The notes: generated from the sequence alone by a model not told the origin. DNA of 64,000 nucleotides from an uncultured delta proteobacterium (GCA_963808235.1 CAWEEQ010000004.1:1568001-1632000), one strand, 5' to 3'; counted from the stretch's first letter, positions 48,497-59,031 are shown. Translations and numbers: made by a program.

Positions 48497-49660
48497 ATGG
48501 CTATTCCGATTAAATATAATGTGCGCTCCTTGCTGGTGCGGCGGATCTCTACTGCCATGACTGGCGGGGGGATTGCGCTGGTCGTGGCGGTGTTTGTGAT
48601 CGTGATGGCGCTGGTGGCGGGGCTTAACTCGGCGATTTCAGATACGGGGGATCCCGACAACCTGATCGTGTTGCGCAAGGGTGCAACCACGGAGACTTAC
48701 TCGGCGGTCCAGATCGATCAGTTCGACGCTCTTAAATTTCTGCCCCAGATCCGGCGCGAGCCCGACGGCTCGGCCGATGCGTCGCCGGAGCTGCCGGTGC
48801 AGGCGCTGATGGAACGTATCGGCGGCGGACGCGACAATATAGTGATTCGAGGAGTGCTGCCGGTCGCGCTGAAAGTGCATCAGAAAGTGCACATCGTGGA
48901 AGGCCGGATGTTCAATCCCTCGGTCAATGAAGTTGTGGTCGGCAAGGGCCTGACGGGTCATTACAAGAACATGGAGATCGGCTCGACGCTTCATTTCGGG
49001 CGCGGCAACTGGAAGGTGGTCGGAATCATGGCGGCCGACGGCGGATCGTTCGAGTCGGAAGTCTGGGGCGATATTCATAATGTGCAGGACGATGCGCAAC
49101 GCGGCGCCTACTATGCCGACGCGCGCTTGAAACTGGCGCCCGGCGCCGACGCGCAGGCGCTGATTCATCGGTTGGCCGACGATCCGCGGATAAATCTGCA
49201 AGGCGAGACCGAGTCCGAGTACTACAAGGACCAGGCGGTAGTCGCCAACCAGATGCGGATCCTCGGAATGATCGTTGCGATAATCATGGCGGTCGGTGCG
49301 ATCTTTGGCGCGATGAATACGATGTACGCGGCAGTCTCCTCGCGGACCACGGAAATCGGCACCTTGCGCGCGCTCGGGTTCGCGCCGCTGGCGGTGATGA
49401 CGTCGTTCCTGCTCGAGTCGCTGGTGCTGGCTCTGGCGGCGGGTGTGGTCGGGATCATCCTGGCGATGCCGATCAACGGGCTGTCGACCACGTTCGGCAA
49501 CTTCGTGACCTTCTCGACGCTCGCGTTCAGCTTTCACGTGACGTTCGCGATTGTGATCGAGGCGATGATATTCGCGGCGGTGATGGGCGTGGTTGGCGGA
49601 TGGCTGCCGGCGCGGCAGGCGATGAAGATGGCGGTGGTGGATGCATTGAGGAGTGTATGA
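48497..49660 (+). CDS. ABC transporter permease (MacB/FtsX family), partner type
   Basis: 'EGRMF..EVVVG', 'RTTEIGTLRALGF', 'VVDALR'. Confidence 0.92.
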   Translation: MAIPIKYNVRSLLVRRISTAMTGGGIALVVAVFVIVMALVAGLNSAISDTGDPDNLIVLRKGATTETYSAVQIDQFDALKFLPQIRREPDGSADASPELPVQALMERIGGGRDNIVIRGVLPVALKVHQKVHIVEGRMFNPSVNEVVVGKGLTGHYKNMEIGSTLHFGRGNWKVVGIMAADGGSFESEVWGDIHNVQDDAQRGAYYADARLKLAPGADAQALIHRLADDPRINLQGETESEYYKDQAVVANQMRILGMIVAIIMAVGAIFGAMNTMYAAVSSRTTEIGTLRALGFAPLAVMTSFLLESLVLALAAGVVGIILAMPINGLSTTFGNFVTFSTLAFSFHVTFAIVIEAMIFAAVMGVVGGWLPARQAMKMAVVDALRSV

Positions 49661-49811
49661 GGGTTGTAAGTAATGATCTAACTACTTGGACCGAGTAACC
49701 TAACCCCTAGCCCCTTCCCTTGAGGGAATCGCCCCCGGCGCGTGGGGAACAAGTGATCTAGCCAAGCGATCCAACTAAACGAATTTTGATAACGATCTAA
49801 CTATACGAACT

Positions 49812-51020
49812 ATGCCGACGGAGACGCCCAGGGGGCCGAATATTCGCGAGCTTGAGTCGCTGCGCATTGCGCGCAGCGCGGAGCCGAAGCGCCCGAGCCG
49901 GATAATTCCGGCTGCGATTATCGTCGCGGCGATCGCGGTGCTGGGCGGCGTGGGTTGGGCGGTCTATCAGCGGACGATCGGCCGGCCGCCGGAAGTGCAG
50001 ACCGCAGTGGTGATGGTGAAGCAGGCGGGACAGGCGGGAACGGTGCTGACCGGCAGCGGATATATCGTCACGGAACACAAATATATTGTGATCGGGACCA
50101 AGATTCTCGGGCAAATCGTCGAGGAGCCGATAGAGGAAGGCAAACGGGTGAAGGTCGGCGACCTGCTGGCGCGGATCGACGATCGCGACTACCAGGCGCA
50201 ACTAAGGCAGGCGTATGCGGATCGGGACCTGGCGGAAGCCAACGTGGTGCTGAAGCAGGCGCGCGCGGAGCGACTGCGTGCACTATACAAAGAGCGTATC
50301 GAGTCCAAGGACTCGCTCGACGACGCGGAGAATCAGCTCTCGGTCGCCGAGGCGGAGCTCAAGAAGGCGGTCGGCGCGATCGATTTCGCGAAGTTCAACG
50401 TAAGTCAGACGGTGATCACCTCTCCGATCAACGGCGTGGTGCTGCAGAAGTATCGCGAAGTCGGCGACACGATTAACTATGGCGGCGTGATTCAGACCGG
50501 CGGGGGCGCGACCGATATCGCGCAACTGGCGGATCTGAGCGATCTGCGCTGCGAAGTCGATATCAACGAAAGCGATATCGCGAAGGTCACGATGGGAACG
50601 CCGGCGACGGTGATCCCCGATGCTTATCCCGATAACGAGTTCCCCGCGCAGGTGGTGAAGATTTATCCGGAGGCGGATCGGCAGAAGGGCACGGTCAAGG
50701 TCGAGGTCAGAATCCTGCAGCCGGATCTGAAAATTATCAAGCCGGAGATGAGCGCGAAGGTCACCTTCCAATCGATCACGACAACGAAGGCGGCGGCGCC
50801 GATGGTGCTGGTGCCCAAGAAAGCGATCGTCACTGAGGGCAGCGCGAATTCGGTGTGGGTGGTGCGCAATGACGCGGCGCGCTCGACCCCGGTGGTGTTG
50901 GGGCGCGAGTTCCAGGACGGCGTCGAAGTGCGGCAGGGACTCAGTGGCGGAGAGACGGTGATCGTGGTGCCGCCGCCGACGATGCGCGATGGGCAGGCGG
51001 TGACGCCAGTGGCGTCGTAG
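49812..51020 (+). CDS. Periplasmic adaptor (membrane fusion protein, MacA-like)
   Basis: TM anchor, 'VKVGDLLARID', 'SPINGVV', 'KPEMSAKV', 'GLSGGETVIV'. Confidence 0.92.
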   Translation: MPTETPRGPNIRELESLRIARSAEPKRPSRIIPAAIIVAAIAVLGGVGWAVYQRTIGRPPEVQTAVVMVKQAGQAGTVLTGSGYIVTEHKYIVIGTKILGQIVEEPIEEGKRVKVGDLLARIDDRDYQAQLRQAYADRDLAEANVVLKQARAERLRALYKERIESKDSLDDAENQLSVAEAELKKAVGAIDFAKFNVSQTVITSPINGVVLQKYREVGDTINYGGVIQTGGGATDIAQLADLSDLRCEVDINESDIAKVTMGTPATVIPDAYPDNEFPAQVVKIYPEADRQKGTVKVEVRILQPDLKIIKPEMSAKVTFQSITTTKAAAPMVLVPKKAIVTEGSANSVWVVRNDAARSTPVVLGREFQDGVEVRQGLSGGETVIVVPPPTMRDGQAVTPVAS

Positions 51021-51047
51021 GGGGAAGGGTAAATCACTTAATTTACT

Positions 51048-51146
51048 GTGAAACCCGCGGTGGGTTTCACACTTCCTTCGGCAGGGGTGATCCCTGCACC
51101 CAGTACTAAAAGAAAGATGCGGCGCTACGCGCCTGTTCGAAGTTTG
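51048..51146. repeat. Inverted copy of the dispersed REP/MITE-like unit
   Basis: GTGAAACCCGCGGTGGGTTTCAC; CGGCAGGGGTGATCCCTGCACCC (near reverse complement of 34597-34619); GATGCGGCGCTACGCGCCTGTTCGAAGTT. Confidence 0.65.
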
Positions 51147-51210
51147 AGGGCCGGAATTACCTCTCCTTGTCCGAGGAGAAGTCGTAGGATTCGAAAAAGA
51201 GGTAGAAAAA

Positions 51211-51939
51211 ATGGCGGAGACTTTTGTGCTGGTGCATGGCGCGTGGCATGGGGCTTGGTGTTGGGCGGCGGTGATCAATCACCTGGAACGACTGGGCGAT
51301 AGAGCATACGCAGTCGACCTGCCGGGGCATGGGATGAATCGCGCCGATCGCGCGAGCGTGACGCTCGACAGCTACGTGAACAGCGTCGCGGATTTTATCG
51401 AGCGACACGATTTGAAGAACGTGGTGCTCGCGGGGCATAGCCTCGGCGGGCTCACGATACCGGGCGTTGCGGCGAAGATTCCGGCGCGAATCAAACGCGT
51501 GGTGTGGGTGACGGCGATGGTCGCGCTCGACAATGAGACGATTATCGATGTCGAAAACTCTCCGCTCGCGGCGGCGGCGGATACTTTGCCGGAGCGTTCG
51601 ACACTGATCGAAAATATGGGACCGGATTTTCTGAACGGGCTCGCCAACGACATGGCGCCGGCGCTGCGCGAATACGTGCTGTCGGCATTATGCCCGCAGC
51701 CGATTGCGCCGCTCCTGGCAAAGGTGAAGATGGCGCCCTACTTCGCGACCAGGATTCCGAGCAGCTACATAGTTTGCGAGGACGATCAGACGCCGGTCGC
51801 AGGCGCACCTAATTGGCATCCGCACTTTTCGTCGCGGCTGAAAAATCCGACGCTCAAGTTTATCAAGAGCGGCCATGAAGTGATGTTTACGCATCCGGTG
51901 GAATGCGCGTGGGCGCTCCACGAGCTGGCGACGGAGTGA
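51211..51939 (+). CDS. Alpha/beta hydrolase (methylesterase-like)
   Basis: 'FVLVHGAWHGAWCW', GHSLGG, SGH. Confidence 0.9.
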   Translation: MAETFVLVHGAWHGAWCWAAVINHLERLGDRAYAVDLPGHGMNRADRASVTLDSYVNSVADFIERHDLKNVVLAGHSLGGLTIPGVAAKIPARIKRVVWVTAMVALDNETIIDVENSPLAAAADTLPERSTLIENMGPDFLNGLANDMAPALREYVLSALCPQPIAPLLAKVKMAPYFATRIPSSYIVCEDDQTPVAGAPNWHPHFSSRLKNPTLKFIKSGHEVMFTHPVECAWALHELATE

Positions 51940-51943
51940 CCGC

Positions 51944-53092
51944 CTAAATCCGGTAGCGGGCGAGCAAGCCGCGGGCGATCACTAGCGCCTGGATTTCGTT
52001 GGTGCCCTCGCCGATCATCATCAGCGGTGCGTCGCGGTAGAATCTTTCCACCGGGAAGTCGGCCATGAAGCCGTAGCCGCCAAGTACGCGCATCGCGTCG
52101 AGCGAGATTTTCGCGCACGCCTCGGATGCAAACAGCTTCGCCATCCCGGCCTCAACGTCGCATCGCTCGCCCGCATCTTTTTTGCGCGCGGCGTTGGCGA
52201 CCAGGAGTCGCGCGGCCTCGAGGCGGGTGCCCATGTCCGCGAGCATCAGCTGGACCGCCTGATGCTGGCAGATGGGCTTGCCGAATGCGATGCGTTGTTG
52301 CGAATAACGAATCGCGGTTTCGAAGGCGGCCTGCCCTACTCCGACGGCGCGCGCGGCGACATTGATTCGGCCGACCTCGAGCGCGCTCATCACCTGTTTG
52401 AAGCCGTTGCCCTCGACGCCGCCGATCAGATGTGACGCAGGGACGGCGAGATCGTCGAACAGAACCTCGCAAGTGTCGATTCCTTTGTAGCCGAGCTTGT
52501 CGAGATTGCGGCTGACGGTTGGGCCACGATCACTTTTTTCGACGGCGAACATACTGATGCCGGAGTAAGTGGGCTCGGCGCGGGGGTTGGTCTTGGCGGC
52601 GACCGCGAGCATCGTGCCATGGCGAGCGTTGGTGATGAACATCTTGTCGCCGGACAGCACGTACTCGTCTCCGCGGCGAGTCGCGGTGGTGCGAATCGAT
52701 TGCACGTCGCTGCCGGCATGCGGCTCGGTGAGAGCGAGACCGCCGCGTTTTTCGCCGGTGGCCATCGCGGACAGGAAGTATTTTCGCTGCGCGTCGGTGC
52801 CGTGATGCGCGATGACGTAGGCCATGATGAGGTGGCTGTTGATCACGCCGGCGAGACTCATCCATCCGCGCGACAATTCTTCCATCACGCGCGCGTAGGT
52901 GAGGAAACTGAGGCCGAGGCCGCCGAACTCAGCGGGGATGGTGGCGCCGAAGAGGCCGAGCTGACGCATCGTAGCGACCATGCGATGCGGGTACTCGTCG
53001 CGATGCTCGAGTTCGGAAGCGTGTGGGATGACGTCGCGCTCGATGAAGGCGCGAACGGCAGCGACGATGTCGCGATCTGGAAGTTCATCCAT
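51944..53092 (-). CDS. Acyl-CoA dehydrogenase
   Basis: LTEPHAGSD, KMFITN, 'RIAFGKPI', GGYGF, GEGTNEIQ. Confidence 0.94.
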   Translation of the reverse strand: MDELPDRDIVAAVRAFIERDVIPHASELEHRDEYPHRMVATMRQLGLFGATIPAEFGGLGLSFLTYARVMEELSRGWMSLAGVINSHLIMAYVIAHHGTDAQRKYFLSAMATGEKRGGLALTEPHAGSDVQSIRTTATRRGDEYVLSGDKMFITNARHGTMLAVAAKTNPRAEPTYSGISMFAVEKSDRGPTVSRNLDKLGYKGIDTCEVLFDDLAVPASHLIGGVEGNGFKQVMSALEVGRINVAARAVGVGQAAFETAIRYSQQRIAFGKPICQHQAVQLMLADMGTRLEAARLLVANAARKKDAGERCDVEAGMAKLFASEACAKISLDAMRVLGGYGFMADFPVERFYRDAPLMMIGEGTNEIQALVIARGLLARYRI

Positions 53093-53221
53093 TACATCAA
53101 CTCCTAAGAATCGGCATCCGCGAGTATAGCTGGCACTGGTTTAGCAAACGGCTGCGCCGATGCGCCATCGCGGGCGTGGTGCTCGAGGCTGTCTTGCATC
53201 GGGGGGCGAGGCGTTCTAGAG

Positions 53222-53242
53222 TAAGTGTCAGATTGACGCAAA
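53222..53242 (+). promoter_or_regulatory. Candidate NrtR operator
   Basis: TAAGTGTCAGATTGACGCAAA, a 21-bp imperfect palindrome with GT-N7-AC core, upstream of nadA-nrtR. Confidence 0.65.
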
Positions 53243-53278
53243 GTAGGGCAATTCGAGAAGTCGTGCGTATTTAGAGGA

Positions 53279-54298
53279 TTGGTTATGGACGTATCAACAG
53301 AAAGCGCGGTGACCGGAGCGGGGTTGCATCGGAAGCTCGAGGCGCTTGGAAACGAGAGTTATACGATCGAGGCATGCGAGCGTTATGCGGGCATGATCGA
53401 CGAGATCAGGCGGCTGAAGGTGCAGCGGCGGGCGGTGGTGCTCGCGCACAATTATCAGCGGCCGGAGATTTTCGAGGTTGCGGATTTTATCGGCGATTCG
53501 CTGGAGCTGGCGCGCAATGCTCGCGATGTGCGCGACGCGGAGGTGATCGTTTTCTGCGGAGTTCACTTCATGGCGGAGACGGCGAAGGTCTTCAATCCGG
53601 GGCGCAAGGTGCTGCTGCCCGACATGAAGGCGGGATGCTCGCTTGCGGACAGCGTGACGGCCGATGCGCTGGCGGAGCGCAAGGAAGAGCTGCTCAAGAT
53701 TTATCCCGATCTCAAAGTTGTTTCGTACGTCAACTGCACCGCCGACGTGAAGGCGCTTTCCGATGCGTGCTGCACCTCGGCCAACGCGACGAAGATCGTG
53801 GAGCGGATCGACTCGAACAACGTGCTGTTCGTGCCGGATCAGAATCTCGCCAACTACGTGCAAGGGCAGACGAGCAAACGGATAATTTCATGGGACGGAA
53901 ACTGTTACGTTCATCATCAGATAACTCCGGAGGAAGTAAACAAGGTCAAGCGCGCGATTCCGGGAATCAAGGTGATCGCGCATCCGGAGTGCCGGCGCGA
54001 CGTGCTCGCGATTGCGGACGCGGTGTTGTCGACCAGCGCGATGGTCCGCTATGCGAAAGAAAGCGACGCGGACAAATTCCTGGTGGTGACGGAATGCGGG
54101 CTGTCGGATCGGCTCCTGATGGAGATTCCGGACAAGCATTTTTACAAGGCGTGCAAACTATGCCGGTTCATGAAGATGATCACGCTCGAGGGGACGCTCG
54201 ATTCGCTGCGGCATCTGCGCTACGAAATCGAACTCAGCGAAGAAGTGCGCGAGGGCGCGAAACGTGCGCTCGAGAAGATGCTCGAGCTGAGCGCCTAG
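53279..54298 (+). CDS. nadA: Quinolinate synthase
   Basis: LAHNYQ, GDSLEL, FCGVHFMAE, GCSLA, YVN, CTSAN, CYVH, AHPEC. Confidence 0.96.
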   Translation: MVMDVSTESAVTGAGLHRKLEALGNESYTIEACERYAGMIDEIRRLKVQRRAVVLAHNYQRPEIFEVADFIGDSLELARNARDVRDAEVIVFCGVHFMAETAKVFNPGRKVLLPDMKAGCSLADSVTADALAERKEELLKIYPDLKVVSYVNCTADVKALSDACCTSANATKIVERIDSNNVLFVPDQNLANYVQGQTSKRIISWDGNCYVHHQITPEEVNKVKRAIPGIKVIAHPECRRDVLAIADAVLSTSAMVRYAKESDADKFLVVTECGLSDRLLMEIPDKHFYKACKLCRFMKMITLEGTLDSLRHLRYEIELSEEVREGAKRALEKMLELSA

Positions 54299-54318
54299 GC
54301 GGGAATGCGCGGGCAATC

Positions 54319-54981
54319 GTGAGCGGCGAATTGGCGCGGCCGATGGTCGCGGTCGATACGGTGCTGTTCGCGATCAACGAAGCCCGCCTGCAGACCTACC
54401 TGGTGGAGCTGAGGCGCGGGCCGGGGCGCGGGCGATGGGCGTTTCCGGGCGGCTTGGTGCGGCGCGGCGAAATGCTCGACGATGCGGCGCGGCGCGAGCT
54501 GCACGAGTCGACCGGACTTCGCGGCGCGTACCTGGAGCAGCTCTTCACGTTTGGAGATCCTTCGCGCGATCCTCGCGCGCACGTGGTATCGGTCGCGTAC
54601 ATGGCGCTGATCCCGGTGGCAGAAGCGGTCAAGGCGCCGTGCGACAAGTATGCGAACGGACGATGGTACAACGTGACGCAATTGCCGGAGCTGGCTTACG
54701 ACCATTCGCTGATGGCGGCGTACGCGGTGAAGCGGCTCAAGTCGAAGCTCGAGTACACCAATATCGCCAACGCGCTCTTGCCGCGCGAATTCACGTTTGC
54801 GGAGTTCGAGGAGCTGTATGCGCTGATCCTCGGACGTCCGCTCGATCGACGAAACTTCCGGCGGCGGATTTTGGCGATGAATATCCTGAAACGACTGCCG
54901 CACACGCGACGGGGACCTCATCGGCCGGCCGCGCTATATAGTTTTGCGCAGCAAAGCCTTAGATTCATCGAGATGCTATAA
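54319..54981 (+). CDS. nrtR: NrtR-type Nudix/wHTH regulator
   Basis: 'WAFPGG..AARRELHE', 'LEQLFTFGDPSRDPR', 'LAYDH', 'DRRNFRRRI', 'HRPAALY'. Confidence 0.88.
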   Translation: MSGELARPMVAVDTVLFAINEARLQTYLVELRRGPGRGRWAFPGGLVRRGEMLDDAARRELHESTGLRGAYLEQLFTFGDPSRDPRAHVVSVAYMALIPVAEAVKAPCDKYANGRWYNVTQLPELAYDHSLMAAYAVKRLKSKLEYTNIANALLPREFTFAEFEELYALILGRPLDRRNFRRRILAMNILKRLPHTRRGPHRPAALYSFAQQSLRFIEML

Positions 54982-55002
54982 TTTCGGGCGCGGGAGTAAT
55001 TC

Positions 55003-55419
55003 ATGTTCAAGGGTTTCAAGGGAATAACTGTGCTCGTGGTGGGCGCGGTTTTGGTGGTCGCGGTGGCATATGGCGGCTACGTCTCGACCCAGGAGACGGC
55101 GCCGGGGATGGTGGAAGTAGCGGATCCGGTGCGGCAATTGCGGGTGACGCTCGATCCGAAAAATTTCCAGGGCCAGGTGCGGGAGGCGTACGAAGCCGCC
55201 GAGCGCGACCCCGCGCTGCTCGCGCAATTGCATTGCTACTGCGGCTGCGACAAGACCGACGGGCATAAGAACCTGCTCGACTGTTTCCGCGATAACCATG
55301 GCAGCACCTGTCCCATCTGCACGGGCGAGGCGCGCGATGCGGAGGCGATGGCGAACCGGGGCGTTCCAGTCGAACAAATCCGCGACGCGCTGCGTGCGCG
55401 CTACGCTCACGGGGGCTGA
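55003..55419 (+). CDS. PCYCGC/CYCxC-motif exported protein
   Basis: 'LHCYCGC..GHKNLLDCF..HGSTCPIC'. Confidence 0.8.
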   Translation: MFKGFKGITVLVVGAVLVVAVAYGGYVSTQETAPGMVEVADPVRQLRVTLDPKNFQGQVREAYEAAERDPALLAQLHCYCGCDKTDGHKNLLDCFRDNHGSTCPICTGEARDAEAMANRGVPVEQIRDALRARYAHGG

Positions 55420-55422
55420 GGT

Positions 55423-56037
55423 TTGGTCGGGCTGATATCGGCGTATATCGAACACTTCACGTATCTCGGATTGTTCGTGGTCTTGATGCTGTGCGGACTT
55501 GGGCTGCCCATTCCGGAGGATGTCGCGTTGCTGGCGGGTGGCTACATGGTGCATCGCGGGGTCACGCGGTATCCGATCACGCTGGCGGTGGCGTTTGTCG
55601 GCGTGGTTGCGGGCGACAACTCGCTGTTTTTTATGGGGCGGCGCTTCGGCACGGGATGGGTGCGGTATTTTGGAATTGGGCGGCCGGGGCGGCAGATCCA
55701 AATCGAGCGGATTCAGAAATTCATGCAGCGCCATGGGCATCGCGCGATTTTCTATGCGCGGTTCCTGGCGGGTCTGCGCGCGTTGATTTACCTGTCGGCG
55801 GGATCTTTCGGGGTGCGGCCGGGGGTGTTTTTAATTTACGATTTGCTGGGCGCGCTGATCTCGGTGCCGATAGTGGTGACGCTCGGCTATGTCTTCGGCA
55901 AGCAGCTTGAGATGGTGGTCCGATACGTGGGCGGCTTCGAGCGGCTGATCGTGATCGTTGCCGTGCTGAGCGCGCTGGTATACGGCACGCGGATGTTCGT
56001 GATGAGAAAAACGCCGACTGATGTGAAGGCCGGATAG
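55423..56037 (+). CDS. DedA family membrane protein
   Basis: 'GLPIPEDV', 'AGDNSLFFMGR', 'ARFLAGLR'. Confidence 0.92.
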   Translation: MVGLISAYIEHFTYLGLFVVLMLCGLGLPIPEDVALLAGGYMVHRGVTRYPITLAVAFVGVVAGDNSLFFMGRRFGTGWVRYFGIGRPGRQIQIERIQKFMQRHGHRAIFYARFLAGLRALIYLSAGSFGVRPGVFLIYDLLGALISVPIVVTLGYVFGKQLEMVVRYVGGFERLIVIVAVLSALVYGTRMFVMRKTPTDVKAG

Positions 56038-56135
56038 CGGAAACTTAACCCCTCTACCGCGACGCCTATAAGGGCGTGGTGCTCAACTTGAAAGCGCTGC
56101 CAATGACGGTTTGGTTTCAGATATAAATATAGGCG

Positions 56136-57641
56136 TTGAATCTTACTGCGCTAAAGTTGCCTGCGCTTAATCTCAAGGCGAAGCTGATCGTGTTGATGGT
56201 CGGGCTGCTAGGCCTGACGCTTGGCGCCGAGGTGTGGATCAGTCTCGGGACGCAGGAAGCGATCGTCGCGGAGACGCAAGAGAAGGTCAAAGATCTTGCG
56301 CGGGTGATCCAGATCAGCGTGCAGGAACTGACTGCGGTTGGAGACACCGATCGCGACCGGCTTAACAGCTACGTAAAGAATCTGCACACGATGGGACTCG
56401 AAGTATCGATCGCGTCGAGTCAGAACCTGATCATCAACAGTTCGAATCCGCATCTGATCGGGGCGGCGCTCCGGCCCAAGCAGGCCGAGTGGCTGACCCC
56501 CGAGCAACTGAAGCATCCCGACGCCCTGGTGACGATTCCGGCCGGCAAGCTGGGGCCGCTCGCGCCGGAGACGACGGTGTACCTGATCCCGGTCGAGGTC
56601 GAGGATCATCTGCTGGGCTACGTGCAGGTGGTCGCGAATTTTGCGGACTTCGCGCAGCCGCTGGCGGAGAATCGCACCCGGCAACTGATGATCGCGTTTG
56701 CGATTTTCACGATCGGGCTGGTGTTCGCGTATATCCTTGCCGATCGATACGTGAAGCCGATTCATGCGGTCGCGAACGCGGCGCAGAATATTGCCGCGCG
56801 CGGACTGGAGCCGGTGCCGGAGGCGCATCGGCGCGACGAAATCGGGCTCCTGACGCGAAGCTTCAACGACATGGTTGGGCAGTTGCGGCATGCGCGCGAG
56901 CGGGAGCATGAGCTTAACCGGCTCGAGCGATTTACCGCACTCGGGCAGCTGGCCGGCGGTCTCGCGCATGAGATCAAGAACCCGCTGAATTTTATCAGTC
57001 TGGCGCTCGACCAGTTGCGCGCGCGTTATGCGCCGCAGCAAGCGCCGGATCGCGAAGCGTTTCTGCATCAGCTGGTGATCATGAAGGACGAGATGCGTCG
57101 CCTGTCGGAGCTGGTGCAGAGCTTTCTGCATTACGGCCGCCCAATTGAAATTTTTCCGGCGCCCATCGATGTGCATCTGCTGGTCGATGGGGTGGTCGCG
57201 CTGTCGGAATCGAAAATGAAGAGCCAGGGGATCGATCTCGTCGAAGAGGGCAAGGACGTGCCCGGGATAATGAACGCGGACGCGGAAAAACTGCGCACCT
57301 GTTTTATCAACGTGGTCGCCAACGCAATCCAGGCGATGCCGGACGGCGGGACGATGCGAATCTCGTTTCGGCGCGTCGACAACGCGATGATGATAACCTT
57401 CTCGGACACGGGAGCGGGAATCGAGGCGGAGGTGGTGAATCATGTTTTCGAGCCATTCTTCACCACCAAGCGCGAGGGAATCGGGCTTGGGCTTTTTCTT
57501 TCGCGCGCGATCGTCGAGTCGCACGGCGGCTCGATCGTGATCGGGCCGAATTCCGACGGACCGGGAACGATGGTAAGTTTCAGCTTCCCGCTCAGCGCGG
57601 TGCAGGAACATCATGACGCAGGCATCAGTACTGGTCGTTGA
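56136..57641 (+). CDS. Sensor histidine kinase (HAMP)
   Basis: 2 TM, HAMP 'DEIGLL..FNDM', AHEIKNPL, NAIQA, DTGAG, FFTTK, GLGL. Confidence 0.95.
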   Translation: MNLTALKLPALNLKAKLIVLMVGLLGLTLGAEVWISLGTQEAIVAETQEKVKDLARVIQISVQELTAVGDTDRDRLNSYVKNLHTMGLEVSIASSQNLIINSSNPHLIGAALRPKQAEWLTPEQLKHPDALVTIPAGKLGPLAPETTVYLIPVEVEDHLLGYVQVVANFADFAQPLAENRTRQLMIAFAIFTIGLVFAYILADRYVKPIHAVANAAQNIAARGLEPVPEAHRRDEIGLLTRSFNDMVGQLRHAREREHELNRLERFTALGQLAGGLAHEIKNPLNFISLALDQLRARYAPQQAPDREAFLHQLVIMKDEMRRLSELVQSFLHYGRPIEIFPAPIDVHLLVDGVVALSESKMKSQGIDLVEEGKDVPGIMNADAEKLRTCFINVVANAIQAMPDGGTMRISFRRVDNAMMITFSDTGAGIEAEVVNHVFEPFFTTKREGIGLGLFLSRAIVESHGGSIVIGPNSDGPGTMVSFSFPLSAVQEHHDAGISTGR

Positions 57642-59031
57642 AGATAACGACCTCGAACGGCAGATAACCGCGGACACGCTGCGCGAAGAAGGCTTCGCGG
57701 TCGAGGAAGCGGCGGTGGGAAAGCGGGCGATGGAGCTGCTCGCGCTGTCGCGCTTCGACGTGGTGTTGACCGACCTGATGATGCCGGGAATGTCGGGCGA
57801 GGAGCTGCTGGCGAAAGTTCGCGGCGCATATCCGGGCAGCCAGGTGGTGGTGCTGACGGCGCACGGAACGATCGACAGCGCGGTGCAGTCGATGAAGACC
57901 GGCGCCTTCTACTACCTGACCAAGCCGACCGATCGCGAGACGCTGGTGATGACGGTGGCGAAGGCGGCGGAGCTCGCGAATCTGCAGGCGGAGAATCAAC
58001 TGCTGAAGCGGCGGCTCGAAGGCAAGTTCGAGATCGAGGGAATTATCGGGCAAGACCCGGCGATCCAGGAAGTGATCCGGCTGGTGCGCCGGGTCGCGCC
58101 GTCCAATTCGACGGTATTGATCCAGGGCGAGAGCGGAACCGGAAAGGAAGTCGTGGCGAAGGCGATCCATCGGTTGTCGCCGCGTGCGGCGCGTCAGTTC
58201 GTGGCGATCAATTGCTCGGCGATTCCCGACAGTCTGATCGAGAACGAGCTGTTCGGGCATGAGCGGGGAGCCTTTACCGGAGCCAACGAGCGCAAGATCG
58301 GTCTTTTCGAGAGTGCCGACAAGTCGACGCTCTTTCTCGACGAGATCGCGGATTTGCCGCAGGCTCTGCAGGCGAAAATTTTGCGCGTGCTGCAGGAAAA
58401 AGAACTGCGCCGGGTCGGCGGCAACGATTCCTTTCGTATCGACGTGCGGCTGGTGGCGGCGAGCAATCGCAACCTTGCCGAGGAGGTCGGTGAGGGCCGC
58501 TTCCGGGAGGATCTCTATTACCGGGTGAATGTGGTGACGGTGACACTGCCGCCGCTGCGCGATCGGCGCGGCGATATTCCGCTGCTGGCGAATCACGCGC
58601 TGGCGAAGTTTGGGCATCTGGCGGAAGAACGGGTCAAGGAAATCAGCCGCGAGGCGATGGAAGTGCTGCTCGATTACTCGTGGCCGGGAAACGTGCGGCA
58701 ACTCGAGTCGGCAATCGAGCGCGCGATTCTGCTCTGCGAGGGCGACAGAGTGATGCCGCGAGATTTGCCGCAGGAAGTCCTCTCGCGTAAGACGCCGGCG
58801 AAGCCCGGCGACCGTCAACGCGGCGACAAGTTCGAGATTCCGAGCGAGGGCTTCAATTTCGAGACGTTCGAGCGCGACGCAATCGTGCAGGCGCTCGAGC
58901 GCAACGACTGGGTGATCGCGAAGGCGGCCAAGATGCTCACGATGAGTTATCGGACGTTGCAATACCGGATCGAAAAGTTCGGCCTCAAGCGCGGGGAGCA
59001 GCCCAAGCCGCCGTCGGCGGAAGCGAAGTGA
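57613..59031 (+). CDS. Sigma54-dependent response regulator (NtrC/AtoC family)
   Basis: Receiver domain, GESGTGKE, GAFTGA, WPGNVRQL, Fis-type HTH. Confidence 0.96.
   Translation: MTQASVLVVEDNDLERQITADTLREEGFAVEEAAVGKRAMELLALSRFDVVLTDLMMPGMSGEELLAKVRGAYPGSQVVVLTAHGTIDSAVQSMKTGAFYYLTKPTDRETLVMTVAKAAELANLQAENQLLKRRLEGKFEIEGIIGQDPAIQEVIRLVRRVAPSNSTVLIQGESGTGKEVVAKAIHRLSPRAARQFVAINCSAIPDSLIENELFGHERGAFTGANERKIGLFESADKSTLFLDEIADLPQALQAKILRVLQEKELRRVGGNDSFRIDVRLVAASNRNLAEEVGEGRFREDLYYRVNVVTVTLPPLRDRRGDIPLLANHALAKFGHLAEERVKEISREAMEVLLDYSWPGNVRQLESAIERAILLCEGDRVMPRDLPQEVLSRKTPAKPGDRQRGDKFEIPSEGFNFETFERDAIVQALERNDWVIAKAAKMLTMSYRTLQYRIEKFGLKRGEQPKPPSAEAK

Noticed and set aside
53374-54318. 535-aa ORF suggesting a long overlap with nadA
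   Set aside because: Only the part from GTG 54319 has NrtR motifs; the rest is an alternate frame of nadA.
55003-55419. Selenoprotein in the CYCxC family
   Set aside because: The motif is all Cys codons; no in-frame TGA before the terminal stop.
56208-58962. Long minus-strand ORFs of 489 and 445 aa (likewise 4500..5753, 28314..29558)
   Set aside because: Antisense shadows of well-supported genes, with no motifs of their own.
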